From: Mobula hypostoma
Taxonomy: Eukaryota
Direction of reading: 5' to 3'
Assembly: GCF_963921235.1 (NCBI RefSeq)
Contig: NC_086097.1
Coordinates: 1,860,001-1,924,000 of the forward strand
DNA: 64,000 nt
Below the pieces are notes generated by a model. It had not been told where the DNA came from and did not search any database. It saw only the letters and a program-made list of their open reading frames with translations. How positions within the stretch are numbered: the first letter of the stretch is position 1; every line of letters begins with the position of its first letter. A program made the translations under genes and the position numbers. Below are positions 11,946 to 23,900 of this stretch, piece by piece.

Positions 11946-14125
11946 AACTGAGAGCCAGAATTTCCTTCCAGTGGGAAACAAAGGAATGTAACGTTTTGTG
12001 CTTCGTGGAGACCTGGCTGATGGAGGAGATGCCGGATCATGCCATCGAACCCTCTGGGTTCTCCCTGTTCCGGGTGGGCAGGTCGAATAACCTCTTTGGG
12101 AAGAGTAAAGGAGGAGGGGTATGCTTCATGGTCAATATGCTTGGTGCGACCCCCAGAACGCGCATGCCCTCAAATCCTTTCGTTCCCCGGATCTGGAGTG
12201 ACTGGTGCTGCTGTGTAGATCCTTCTGGCTGCCGAGGGAGTTCACGGCTGTTATCTCACTGCATACTTCGCTGCAGATTGCTACTGACCTGGCTCTCAAG
12301 GAACTGTAGGAGACCATCAGCACCCTGGAGGCTGCCTTCATCGTCACCAGAGACTTTAACAGAGCATCGCTGACTAAAGTCTCTCCAAAGTTTTGCCAAC
12401 ACATCCAGGTGAGCACTCGTGGAGATAGCATACTCGCCTACTGCTACTCTCCCTTCCGCAACGCTTACAAAGCATTCCTTCATGCCCCACCCCCCATTTG
12501 GAAAATCGGATCACTCCTCCATCTGCTGCTGCCAAAGTACAGACAGAAGCTGAAACAAGAGGCAGCCATAGTTAAAAACCGTCCACTGTTGGTCCGACCA
12601 ATCAGTCTCCATGCTACAGGACAGCTTTGATGACGTTGACTGGAATGCCTTCCATAATGAGGATGTCTCCAAGTTCACGGAAGGGGTCACGAGTTTCATC
12701 GGGAAGTGCATCGAGGATATTGTCCCTCAGGAATCGGTCAGGGTCTACCCAAACCAGAAACCTTGGAGGAACTGCTCCCAGTGATCAGCACTAACCATGC
12801 GAGACAGAGCTTATGTTGCCGGTGACCAACAGGAGCTCAAGAGATGCAGCTACGATCTACACAAAGTCATCAAGCCAGTGAAACAACAATCCAGGGACAA
12901 GATCCAGACTCAACTCTCCACCAACAACACAAGCAGCTTATGGCAGGGTCTGCGCACCATCGCAGACTTCAAAGCTAAACACAGTGGAGATTCCAACATC
13001 GCTGCCTCTCTCCCAGATGAGCTAAATCATTTTTACACTCAGTTTGATGTCGCCAACACTGAGCCCCCCAGGAGAGCTGCTGAAGTGATCTGCACCTTGG
13101 TCATCTCTGAGGCTGAGGTACGCAGCTGTTTCCAATGAGTCGCAAGGCTGCGGGGCCGGACCGCATCCCAGGGCGGGTACTCAGGATGTGCACGGCACAA
13201 CTGGCAGGTGTGTTTACAGACATTTTTAATCTCTCCCTCTCCCAGCGTAGAGTGCCCTCCTGCTTCAAAACGTCCACCATTGTTCCTGGACCCAACAAGA
13301 TCAAGGTAACATGCCTGAACAACTGGGGTCCTGTCGCACTCACCTCAATACTAAGCAAATGCTTAGAGAGGCTGGTCAACGACTACACCTGCAGCTTGCT
13401 ACCACCCACACTGGACCCCTACAATTCACCCACCGACACATCTGATGGACAGATGACGCAATAGCCACAGATCCACAGACTGTCCTTACACATCTGGAGA
13501 AGGATGCTGTTTTTGGACTACAGTTCTGTATTCAACACCATAATTCCTTCCATGCTTGACAAGAAGCTCAGAGACCTCGGCTTTGATCCTGCCTTGAGTT
13601 GCTGGATCCTGGATTTCCTGTCAGATCGCCGACAACTGCTAAGACTGGGCTCCTTCACCTCTGCCCCTCTGCCCCGGAACCCCTCAGGGCTGTGTACGAA
13701 GCCCCCTCCTTTACGCTCTGTATACCCATGACTGTGTCACCACCCACAGCTCCAATCTGCTAATGAAATTTGCTGACAACACTACATTGATTGGCCTTAT
13801 ATCAAATAATAATGAGGCAGCCTACAGGGAAGAAATCACCGCCCTGACACAGTGGTGTCAAGAAAACAACCTCTTCCTCAATGTCACAAAAACAAAGGAG
13901 CTGGTTGTGGACTACAGGAGGAATGGAGACAGGCTAGCCCCTATTGATATCGATGGATTTGGGGTTGAGAGGGTGAACAGCTTTAAGTTCCTTGTATACA
14001 TCTCGCGTGGTCTGTACGTACCGACTGTGTGCTGGAAATGGCACAACAGCGCCTCTTTCACCTCAGCCGGTTGAGGAAGTTTGGTATGGACCCCAAATCC
14101 TAAGAATTTTTGACAGGGGCACAAT
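11945..14125 (+). mobile_element. Rex1/Babar LINE, degenerate APE-RT
   Basis: 'LCFVETWL', '[14 protein letters not shown]...FTDIFNLSL', 'MLFLDYSSVFNTIIP', 'KFADNTTLIGLIS...TKTKELVVDYRR'. Confidence 0.88.
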
Positions 14126-14370
14126 TGAATCAGAATCAGATTTATTATCACCGGCATGTGACGTGAAATTTGTTAACTTAGCAGCAGCAGTTCAATGTAA
14201 TACATGATCTAGAAGAAAAAAAAATCTTATTCATTATACTTTATACAGTATATGTATATTGAATAGATGAAAAATCATGCAAAAACAGAAATACTATATA
14301 TTAAAAAAAAAGTGAGGTAGTCTCCAAGGGTTCAGTGTCCATTTAGGAATCAGTTGGCAGAGGGGAAGAA

Positions 14371-16658
14371 ACATGGAAAACCTATAGCATAATACAAGCC
14401 CTTCGGTCCATGATGCTGTGCCAAAGATATACTTACCTTAGAAATTACTAGGGTTACCCATAGCCCTCTATTTTTCTGAGCTCCATGTACCTGTCCAGGA
14501 GTCTCTTAAAAGACCATATCATATCCGCCTCCACCACCGTCGGCAGCCCATTCCACACACTCACCACTCTCTGTGTAAAAAAACTTACCCCGACATCTCC
14601 TCTGTACCTACTTCCAAGCATCTTAAAACTGTGCCTTCTCGTGATAGCCATTTCAGCCCTGGGAAAAAGCCTCTGACTATCCACACAATTAATGCCTCTC
14701 ATCATCTTGTACACCTCTATCAGGTCTCATCTCATCCTCCATTGCTGCAAGGAGAAAAGGCCAAGTTCACTCAACCTATTCTCACAAGGCATGCTCCCCA
14801 ATCCAGGCAACGTCCTTGTAAATCTTCTCTGCACCCTTTCTATAGTTTCCACATCCTTCAAAGATGTGATAACAGCACATTTGGAAAGCGGTGAAATCAT
14901 CGGACAAAGTCAGCATGGATTTGTGAAAGGAAAATCATGTCTGACGAATCTCATAGAATTTTTTGAGGATGTAACTAGTAGAGTGGATAGGGGAGAAGCA
15001 GTGGATGTGGTATATTTGGATTTTCAAAAGGCTTTTGACAAGGTCCCACACAGGAGATTAGTGTGCAAACTTAAAGCACACGGTATTGGGGGTAAGGTAT
15101 TGATGTGGATGGAGAATTGGTTAGCAGACAGGAAGCAAAGAGTGGGAATAAACGGGACCTTTTCAGAATGGCAGGCGGTGACTAGTGGGGTACCGCAAGG
15201 CTCAGTGCTGGGACCCCAGTTGTTTACAATATATATTAATGACTTGGATGAGGGAATTAAATGCAGCATCTCCAAGTTTGCGGATGACACGAAGCTGGGT
15301 GGCAGTGTTAGCAGTGAGGAGGATGCTAAGAGGATGCAGGGTGACTTGGATAGGTTGGGTGAGTGGGCAAATTCATGGCAGATGCAATTTAATGTGGATA
15401 AATGTGAAGTTATCCACTTTGGTGGCAAAAATAGGAAAACAGATTATTATCTGAATGGTGGCCGATTAGGAAAAGGGGAGGTGCAACGAGACCTGGGTGT
15501 CATTATACACCAGTCATTGAAAGTGGGCATGCAGGTACAGCAGGCGGTGAAAAAGGCGAATGGTATGCTGGCATTTATAGCGAGAGGATTCGAGTACAGG
15601 AGCAGGGAGGTACTACTGCAGTTGTACAAGGCCTTGGTGAGACCACACCTGGAGTATTGTGTGCAGTTTTGGTCCCCTAATCTGAGGAAAGACATCCTTG
15701 CCATAGAGGAAGTACAAAGAAGGTTCACCAGATTGATTCCTGGGATGGCAGGACTTTCATATGAAGAAAGACTGGATGAACTGGGCTTGTACTCATTGGA
15801 ATTTAGAAGATTGAGGGGGATCTGATTGAAACGTATAAAATCCTAAAGGGATTGGACAGGCTAGATGCAGGAAGATTGTTTCCGATGTTGGGGAAGTCCA
15901 GAACGAGGGGTCACAGTTTGAGGATAAAGGGGAAGCCTTTTAGGACCAAGATGAGGAAAAACTTCTTCACACAGAGAGTGGTGAATCTGTGGAATTCTCT
16001 GCCACAGGAAACAGTTGAGGCCAGTTCATTGGCTATATTTAAGAGGGAGTTAGATATGGCCCTTGTGGCTATGGGGATCAGGGGGTATGGAGGGAAGGCT
16101 GGGGCGGGGTTCTGAGTTGGATGATCAGCCATGATCATAATAAATGGCGGTGCAGGCTCGAAGGGCCGAATGGCCTACTCCTGCACCTATTTTCTATGTT
16201 TCTATGTTTCCTGTAGTGAGGTGACCAGAACTGAGCACAGTACTCCAAGTGGGGTCTGACCAGGGTCCTATATAGCTGGAACATTACCTCTCGATTCCTA
16301 AACTCAATCCCACAGTTGATGAAGGCCAATACACCGTATGCTTTCTTAACTACAGAGTCAACCTGCGCAGCTGCTTTGAGCGTCCTATGGACTCAGACCC
16401 CAAGATCCCTCTGATCCTCCACACTGCCAAGAGTCTTACCATTAATACTATATTCTGCCATCATATTTCACCTACCAAAATGAACCACCTCACACTTCTG
16501 GGTTGAACTCCATCTGCCACTTCTCAGCCCAGTTTTGCATCCTATCAATGTCCCACTGTAACTTCTGACAGCCCTCCACACTTTCCACAACACCCCCAAC
16601 ATTTGTGTCATCAGCAAATTTACTAACCCATCCCTCCACTTCCTCATCCAGGTCATTT
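14371..16658 (-). mobile_element. Older CR1 3' fragment, split by the young CR1 at 14860-16210
   Basis: CCACATCCTTC (ends ~14860) is continued by CTGTAGTGAGGTGACCAG (16211); CR1 peptides on both sides. Confidence 0.85.
14860..16210 (+). mobile_element. Young 5'-truncated CR1 LINE (RT domain intact, one frameshift near 15815)
   Basis: ORF 14692-15825 '[14 protein letters not shown]...[13 protein letters not shown]...[10 protein letters not shown]...KFADDTKL'; (TTTCTATG)n tail. Confidence 0.95.
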
Positions 16659-16741
16659 AGTCAAGTCAAGTCACTTTTTATTGTCATTTTGACCATAACT
16701 GCTGGTACAGAACATAGTAAAAATGAGACAATGTTTTTCAG

Positions 16742-17275
16742 GCAACATACATCAAAGTTGCTGGTGAACGCAGCAGGCCAAGCAGCATCTATAGGAGGGG
16801 GAGGGGGAGATGAGTCAAAATGTGGTCGAAAAGTTGAAGAGCCGAAGAAATTATAGATGGGGAGCAGTGAGAGATGGTTTCACTGAACTCCCGTCGAAGA
16901 GAGGATCTAAACTTCTTCGGTGTAGGCATCACCGGAAGAGGCTTCGCAGTAGTGAATTTAAACGCAAACAACAGGAATTCTGCAGATGCTGAAAATTCAA
17001 GCAACATACATCAAAGTTGCTGGTGAACGCAGCAGGCCAAGCAGCATCTATAGGAAGAGGCGCAGTCGACGTTTCAGGCTGAGACCCTTCGTCAGGACTA
17101 ACTGAAGGAAGAGTGAGTAAGGGATTTGAAAGCTGGAGGGGGAGGGGGAGATGAGTCAAAATGTGGTCGAAAAGTTGAAGAGCCGAAGAAATTACAGATG
17201 GGGAGCAGTGAGAGATGGTTTCACTGAACTCCCGTCGAAGAGAGGATCTAAACTTCTTCGGTGTAGGCATCACCG
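16742..17275 (-). mobile_element. Non-autonomous Penelope-derived mini-element, ~1.6 tandem copies of a 341-bp unit
   Basis: 16810-16935 is repeated at 17151-17276 and 16742-16795 at 17001-17054; contains PLE pLTR sequence and a hammerhead. Confidence 0.8.
17063..17100 (-). ncRNA. Minimal hammerhead ribozyme motif
   Basis: UAGUC-CUGACGA-AGG(GUCUCAG)CCU-GAAAC-GUC-GACUG. Confidence 0.85.
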
Positions 17276-17394
17276 GACCATGGTACTACATGAAACAATA
17301 CAAAAACTACACTGAACTACGTAAAATTACACTAGACTACAGACCTACCCAGGACTGCATAAAGTGCACAAAACAGTGCAGACATTACAATAAA

Positions 17395-17924
17395 TGTTGT
17401 TCGTCCATCGTTGACGTCGATGAGGACCTCGACACCATTATCATGGTGTCAAGACTAGCGCGTGATTTGGATTTAAGTGAGGGAGAGTTGCGCAGTGTCA
17501 GCCTCACTCTCTCTTCCCAATTCCCATCTGGATCCAGTGGCAAGACAGAGTCTAGACGGCTGGAGATGGGACTAGGCGCAGTGGATGACCAGGACGTCTT
17601 CTGTGTCTTGTCCTGCTCTACACGTTCCACGATGCTTGCAGAGACCGCCTTCTTGACCGTTGGACCTTCCATAGGTCTCGTCCGCTCAATCCACCGGAGT
17701 CTGTCTTCACATGCTGGGATAGACAACTCCCTATCTCACCGAGGGTTTAAGACCCGTCAGCTACCCTCACCTGGTTTAGCCGGCTTGTCGAAGCCGTTGC
17801 CCGGGGTGTGGCTGCTGTCGCATGCAAACAGCTACGGGGAGCCACAGGTGAGAGCTGAGTGCCAGGTGGGGACCAAAGGTGGACGAACCGCCCTGAAAAG
17901 GACGCGACATGTTCCCCTACCAGA
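17395..17924 (-). mobile_element. Non-autonomous RTE/BovB-type short element, copy 1
   Basis: Colinear with 54601-55150; AAC-type tail; 3' stem-loop; structured 5' region. Confidence 0.75.
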
Positions 17925-20900
17925 CAATAGGCACAGTAGAGGGCAGTAGGTTGGTGTCAGTCCAGGCTCTGGGTATTGAGGAGTCTGATGGCTTGGGGGA
18001 AGAAACTGTTGTACAGTCTGGTCGTGAGAGCCCGAATGCTTTGGTGCCTTTTGCCAGATGGCAGGAGAGAGAAGAGTTTGTATGAGGGGGGCGTGGGGTC
18101 TTTCACAATGCTGTTTGCTTTACGGATGCAGCGTGTGGTGTAAATGTCTGTAATGGCAGGAAGAGAGACCCTGATGATCTCAGCTGACCTCACTATCCGC
18201 TGCAGGGTCTTGCGATCCGAGATGGTGCAATTTCTGAACCAGGCAGTGATGCAGCTGCTCAGGATGCTCTCAATACAACCTCCGTTGAATGTGGTGAGGA
18301 TGGGGGGTGGGAGATGGACTTTTCTCAGCCTTCGCAGAAAGTAGAGACGCTGCTGGGCTTTCTTTGCTATGGAGCTGGTGTTGAGGGACCAGATGAGATT
18401 CTCCGCCAGGTGAACACCAAGAAATTCGGTGCTCTTAACGATCTCAACAGAGGAGATGTCTATGTTCAGCGGAGAGTGGTCACTCCGTGTCCTCCTGAGG
18501 TCAACAACCATCTCTTTTGTTTTGTTCACATTCAGAGACAGGTTGTTGACTCTGCACCAGTCCGTTAGCCGCTGCATCTCCTCTCTGTATGCTGACTCAT
18601 CGTTCTTGCAGATGAGACCCGCCATGGTTCTGTCATCAGCGAACTTGATGATGTGATTCGAGCTGTGTGTTGCAACACAGTCGTGGGTCAGCAGAGTGAA
18701 CAGCAGTGGACTGAGCACACAGCCCTGGGGGTCCCCGTGCTCAGTGTGATGGTGTTGGAGATGCTGCTCCCGATCTGGACTGACTGAGGTCTCCCAGTCA
18801 GGATGTCTAGGATCCCATTGCAGAGGGAGGTGTTCAGGCCCAGCAGGCTCAGCTTTCCAATCAGTTTCTGAGGAATGATTGTGTTGAATGCTGAACTGAA
18901 GTCTATGAACAGCATTTGAACGAACGTGTCTTTTTTGTCCAGGTGGGTTAAGGCCAGGTGGAGGGTGATGGCGACGGCGTTGTCTGTTGAACGGTTGGGA
19001 CGGTACGCGAACTGCAGGGGGTCCAGTGAGGGGGGCAGCAGGGTCTTGATGTGCCTCATGATGAGCCTCTCGAAACACTTCATGATGTTGGATGTGAGTG
19101 AACGGGACGGTAGTCGTTGAGGCAGGACACTGAAGACTTCTTCGGCACGGGGACGATGGTGGTAGCCTTGAAGCACGTTGGAACAACGGCGCTGCTCAGG
19201 GAGATGTTGAAGATGTCAGTGAGAATCTCAGCTAGCTGGTCTGCACATCCTCTGAGCACTCTGCCAGGAATATTGTCTGGTCCAGCAGCCTTCCGTGGGT
19301 TGACCCTGCACAGGGTTCCCCTCACATCGGCCACGGTAAGACACAGCACCTGGTCATTTGGAGGAGGGGTGGTCTTCCTCGCCGCCACGTCATTTTCCAC
19401 CTAAGAACGAGTGTAGAAGTTGTTCAACGCAACTGGGAGGGAGGCATCACCAGCACAGGCAGGTGTTGTCGTCTTGTAGTTGGTGATGTCCTGAATGCCC
19501 TTCCACATGCGCCGTGTGTCTCCACTGTCCTGGAAGTGGCTGTGGATTCGCTGGGCGTGTGCACGCTTTGCCTCTCTGATGGCCCGGGGCAATTTGGCCC
19601 TCGCTGTTGTTAGGGCTGTCTTGTCTCCTGCTCTGAAGGCGGAGTCACGGGTCCTCAGCAGCGCACGCACCTCCGCGGTCATCCAAGCGAAGCCCTGCTG
19701 TCTGCCATATCGCTTGATTTCACTTTGTAGGAGGTGCCCTGCCACTGTCAGGCATCCCTCGTTGATTCAGGCGTGGTCTGGAATCTCCACCTCGCCCATG
19801 AGGTGGCTTTCCGGGTAGCATGCCTGTACTTCTTGTAGCTTTCTTGGTCTCCAGAGTTGAATTCCTGGCATCTGGCTGTCAGCACCATTGGGAATGGTTA
19901 CTCCTTTCCTGTAGTTGATGGTGCTGCATTACAAATAGCTCGTAGAATGCAGAGCATCAGCTCTTTAACAGCGCCACTGAAACCGTGACTCCTGTCTGCT
20001 AATCATGACATTGATCGTATTGGTGAGGGAATTGAATCAACGCCAAGTCAAAGACCATTCTCATTTGGATGTGTTGCTTGGTCAGATTTCTAGGACTTAA
20101 AATGAGGTCATTGCAGGATATCGTAAGTTTCAGTGCTATGTGGCCATCTGTAAAATAAACTGCAGCAGTTTGTAAAGTAGAGTTCTGGCCATGTTATGTT
20201 TGGAGAATGAACTATTAAAGTCAACCTTCAATACACCTAAACCGTTAACATGTAGTTTTCACTGCCTCAGAGGACTGACCATGGGTTTGTATTCTAGCTG
20301 TCTGTTGATATGCTGTGCAATATGGAGAGCAAATTGCTAGCCACGTAGCTGATGAATCCAAAGGAACAGCAGAGAATCATACAGTCTGGCACCAGCAGTG
20401 TCGCAGGAGCTGCCAGTCAACATAGGACACCAGCTCTGGATTTTTCCCTTGCTTTACATCCAAAATCTTTTCTGTGAGTGGGTGTAGCGACAAGGCAGTG
20501 GAGGTTTAAGATCAGAGTTTCTTTCTCCCTTTCCAAGATTCAAAGTGCATATGCAGTAGACAACCCTGAGATTTATCTTTCTACAGACAGCCACGAAACA
20601 AAGAATATCGTGGATCCTGTTGAAAGAAGACGTATCAAACCCCCAATGTGCAAAAAAAACCACCAATAAAAACAGAAGCAAAACCCGCAGAATATAAAAT
20701 AGCAAACCACAAGTCATCAGAAGAGTTGAGGAATATTTATCTCAGTTCAGTCCAGCGCATTGTCGTCTCTGGAGTTCAGGCCGCAGAATCAGTCCAGCTA
20801 GACCAAAACCGCACAAAGCTGCAACGAAAAAGGGGTGAACAGAAATCAGAAACACATCATAACGCCAACTTACAGAGTACAATCCACCAACAGGGTCACT

Positions 20901-20954
20901 TAAACCTTACCTAAAGCCCAGGACTCCGCCACCACCTTCCAGCAGCAACAAGTG

Positions 20955-23900
20955 AGTGAGAGAGAGACCGGACACACGCAGGCACTTTCCTCCAGGAACA
21001 GCGAGAGTGAGAGGGACCGGACACACACAGGCACCTTCCTCCAGGAACAGCGAGAGGGAGAGAGACCGGACACACGCAGGGACTTTCCTCCAGGAACAGC
21101 GAGAGGGAGAGAGACAGGACACACGCGGGCACCTTCCTCCAGGAACAGCGAGAGGGAGAGAGACCGGACACACGCAGGCACCTTCCTCCAGGAACAGCGA
21201 GAGGGAGAGAGACCGGACACACGCAGGCACCTTCCTCCAGAACAGTGAGAGGGAGAGAGAGACCGGACACACACAGGCACCTTCCTCCAGAACAGCGAGA
21301 GGGAGAGAGAGACCGGACACACGCAGGCACCTTCCTCCAGAACAGTGAGAGGGAGAGAGAGACCGGACACACGTGGGCACCTTCCTCCAGAACAGCGAGA
21401 GGGAGAGAGACCGGACACACACAGGCACCTTCATCCAGGAACAGCGAGAGGGAGAGAGACCGGACACACGCAGGCACTTTCCTCCAGGAACAGCGAGAGG
21501 GAGACAGACCGGACACACGTGGGCACCTTCCTCCAGAACAGCGAGAGGGAGAGAGACCGGACACACGCAGGCACTTTCATCCAGGAACAGCGAGAGGGAG
21601 ACAGACCGGACACACGCAGGCACCTTCCTCCAGGAACAGCGAGAGGGAGAGAGACCGGACACACGCAGGCACCTTCCTCCAGGAACAGCGAGAGGGAGAC
21701 AGACCGGACACACGTGGGCACCTTCCTCCAGGAACAGCGAGAGGGAGAGAGACCGGACACACGCAGGCACCTTCCTCCAGGAACAGCGAGAGGGAGAGAG
21801 AGACCGGACACACGCAGGCACCTTCCTCCAGGAACAGCGAGAGGGAGAGAGAGACCGGACACACGCAGGCACTTTCCTCCAGAACAGTGAGAGGGAGAGA
21901 GACCGGACACACGCAGGCACCTTCCTCCAGAACAGCGAGAGGGAGAGAGACCGGACACACGCAGGCACCTTCCTCCAGAACAGCGAGAGGGAGACAGACC
22001 GGACACACGCAGGCACCTTCCTCCAGAACAGCGAGAGGGAGAGAGACCGGACACACACAGGCACTTTCCTCCAGAACAGCGAGGGGGAGAGAGACCGGAC
22101 ACACACAGGCACTTTTCTCCAGGAACAGCGAGAGGGAGAGAGACCGGACACACGCAGGCACTTTCCTCCAGAACAGCGAGAGGGAGAGAGACCGGACACA
22201 CGCAGGCACCTTCCTCCAGAACAGCGAGAGGGAGAGAGACCGGACACACGCAGGCACTTTCCTCCAGAACAGCGAGAGGGAGAGAGAGACCGGACACACA
22301 CAGGGACTTTCCTCCAGGAACAGCGAGAGGGAGAGAGACCGGACACACGCAGGCACTTTCCTCCAGGAACAGCGAGAGGGAGAGAGAGACCGGACACACG
22401 CAGGCACCTTCCTCCAGAACAGCGAGAGGGAGAGAGACCGGACACACGCAGGCACCTTCCTCCAGGAACAGCGAGAGGGAGAGAGACCGGACACACGCAG
22501 GCACTTTCCTCCAGAACAGCGAGAGGGAGAGAGACCGGACACACGCAGGCACTTTCCTCCAGAACAGCGAGAGGGAGAGAGACCAGACACACGCGGGCAC
22601 CTTCCTCCAGAACAGCGAGAGGGAGAGAGACCGGACACACGCAGGCACCTTCCTCCAGAACAGCGAGAGGGAGAGAGACCGGACACACGCAGGCACCTTC
22701 CTCCAGGAACAGCGAGAGGGAGAGAGAGACCGGACACACGCAGGCACCTTCCTCCAGAACAGCGAGAGGGAGAGAGAGACCGGACACACGCAGGCACCTT
22801 CCTCCAGAACAGCGAGAGGGAGAGAGACCGGACACACACAGGCACCTTCCTCCAGGAACAGTGAGAGGGAGAGAGACCGGACACACACAGGCACTTTCCT
22901 CCAGGAACAGCGAGAGGGAGAGAGACCAGACACACGCGGGCACCTTCCTCCAGGAACAGTGAGAGGGAGAGAGACCAGACACACGCAGGCACTTTCCTCC
23001 AGGAACAGCGAGAGGGAGAGAGACCAGACACACGCGGGCACCTTCCTCCAGGAACAGCGAGAGGGAGAGAGAGACCGGACACACGCAGGCACCTTCCTCC
23101 AGAACAGCGAGAGGGAGAGAGACCGGACACACGCAGGCACCTTCCTCCAGAACAGCGAGAGGGAGAGAGACCGGACACACGCAGGCACCTTCCTCCAGAA
23201 CAGCGAGAGGGAGAGAGACCGGACACACGCAGGCCCCTTCCTCCAGAACAGCGAGAGGGAGAGAGAGACCGGACACACACAGGCACTTTCCTCCAGGAAC
23301 AGTGAGAGGGAGAGAGACCGGACACACACAGGCACTTTCCTCCAGAACAGCGAGAGGGAGAGAGACCGGACACACGCAGGCACCTTCCTCCAGAACAGCG
23401 AGACGGAGAGAGACCGGACACACGCAGGCACCTTCCTCCAGAACAGCGAGAGGGAGAGAGACCGGACACACGCGGGCACCTTCCTCCAGGAACAGCGAGA
23501 GGGAGAGAGAGACCGGACACACGCAGGCACCTTCCTCCAGAACAGCGAGAGGGAGAGAGACCGGACACACGCAGGCACCTTCCTCCAGAACAGCGAGAGG
23601 GAGAGAGACCGGACACACGCAGGCACCTTCCTCCAGAACAGCGAGAGGGAGAGAGACCGGACACACGCAGGCACCTTCCTCCAGAACAGCGAGAGGGAGA
23701 GAGAGACCGGACACACACAGGCACTTTCCTCCAGGAACAGTGAGAGGGAGAGAGACCGGACACACACAGGCACTTTCCTCCAGAACAGCGAGAGGGAGAG
23801 AGACCGGACACATGCGGGCACTTTCCTCCAGAACAGCGAGAGGGAGAGAGACCGGACACACGCAGGCACCTTCCTCCAGGAACAGCGAGAGGGAGAGAGA

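Larger units (their letters stand above)
16659..19690 (-). mobile_element. Rex1/Babar LINE, 5'-truncated, 3' UTR interrupted by PLE-derived and RTE-derived inserts
   Basis: ORFs 17957-19745 '[13 protein letters not shown]', '[14 protein letters not shown]', '[11 protein letters not shown]...KFADD...AQQRLYFLRRL'; (CTTGA)n tail at 16659-16672. Confidence 0.92.

Noticed and set aside
17215..17949. 244-aa and 113-aa ORFs (and equivalents at 54537-55282)
   Set aside because: They cross element boundaries and frames are not conserved between the two copies
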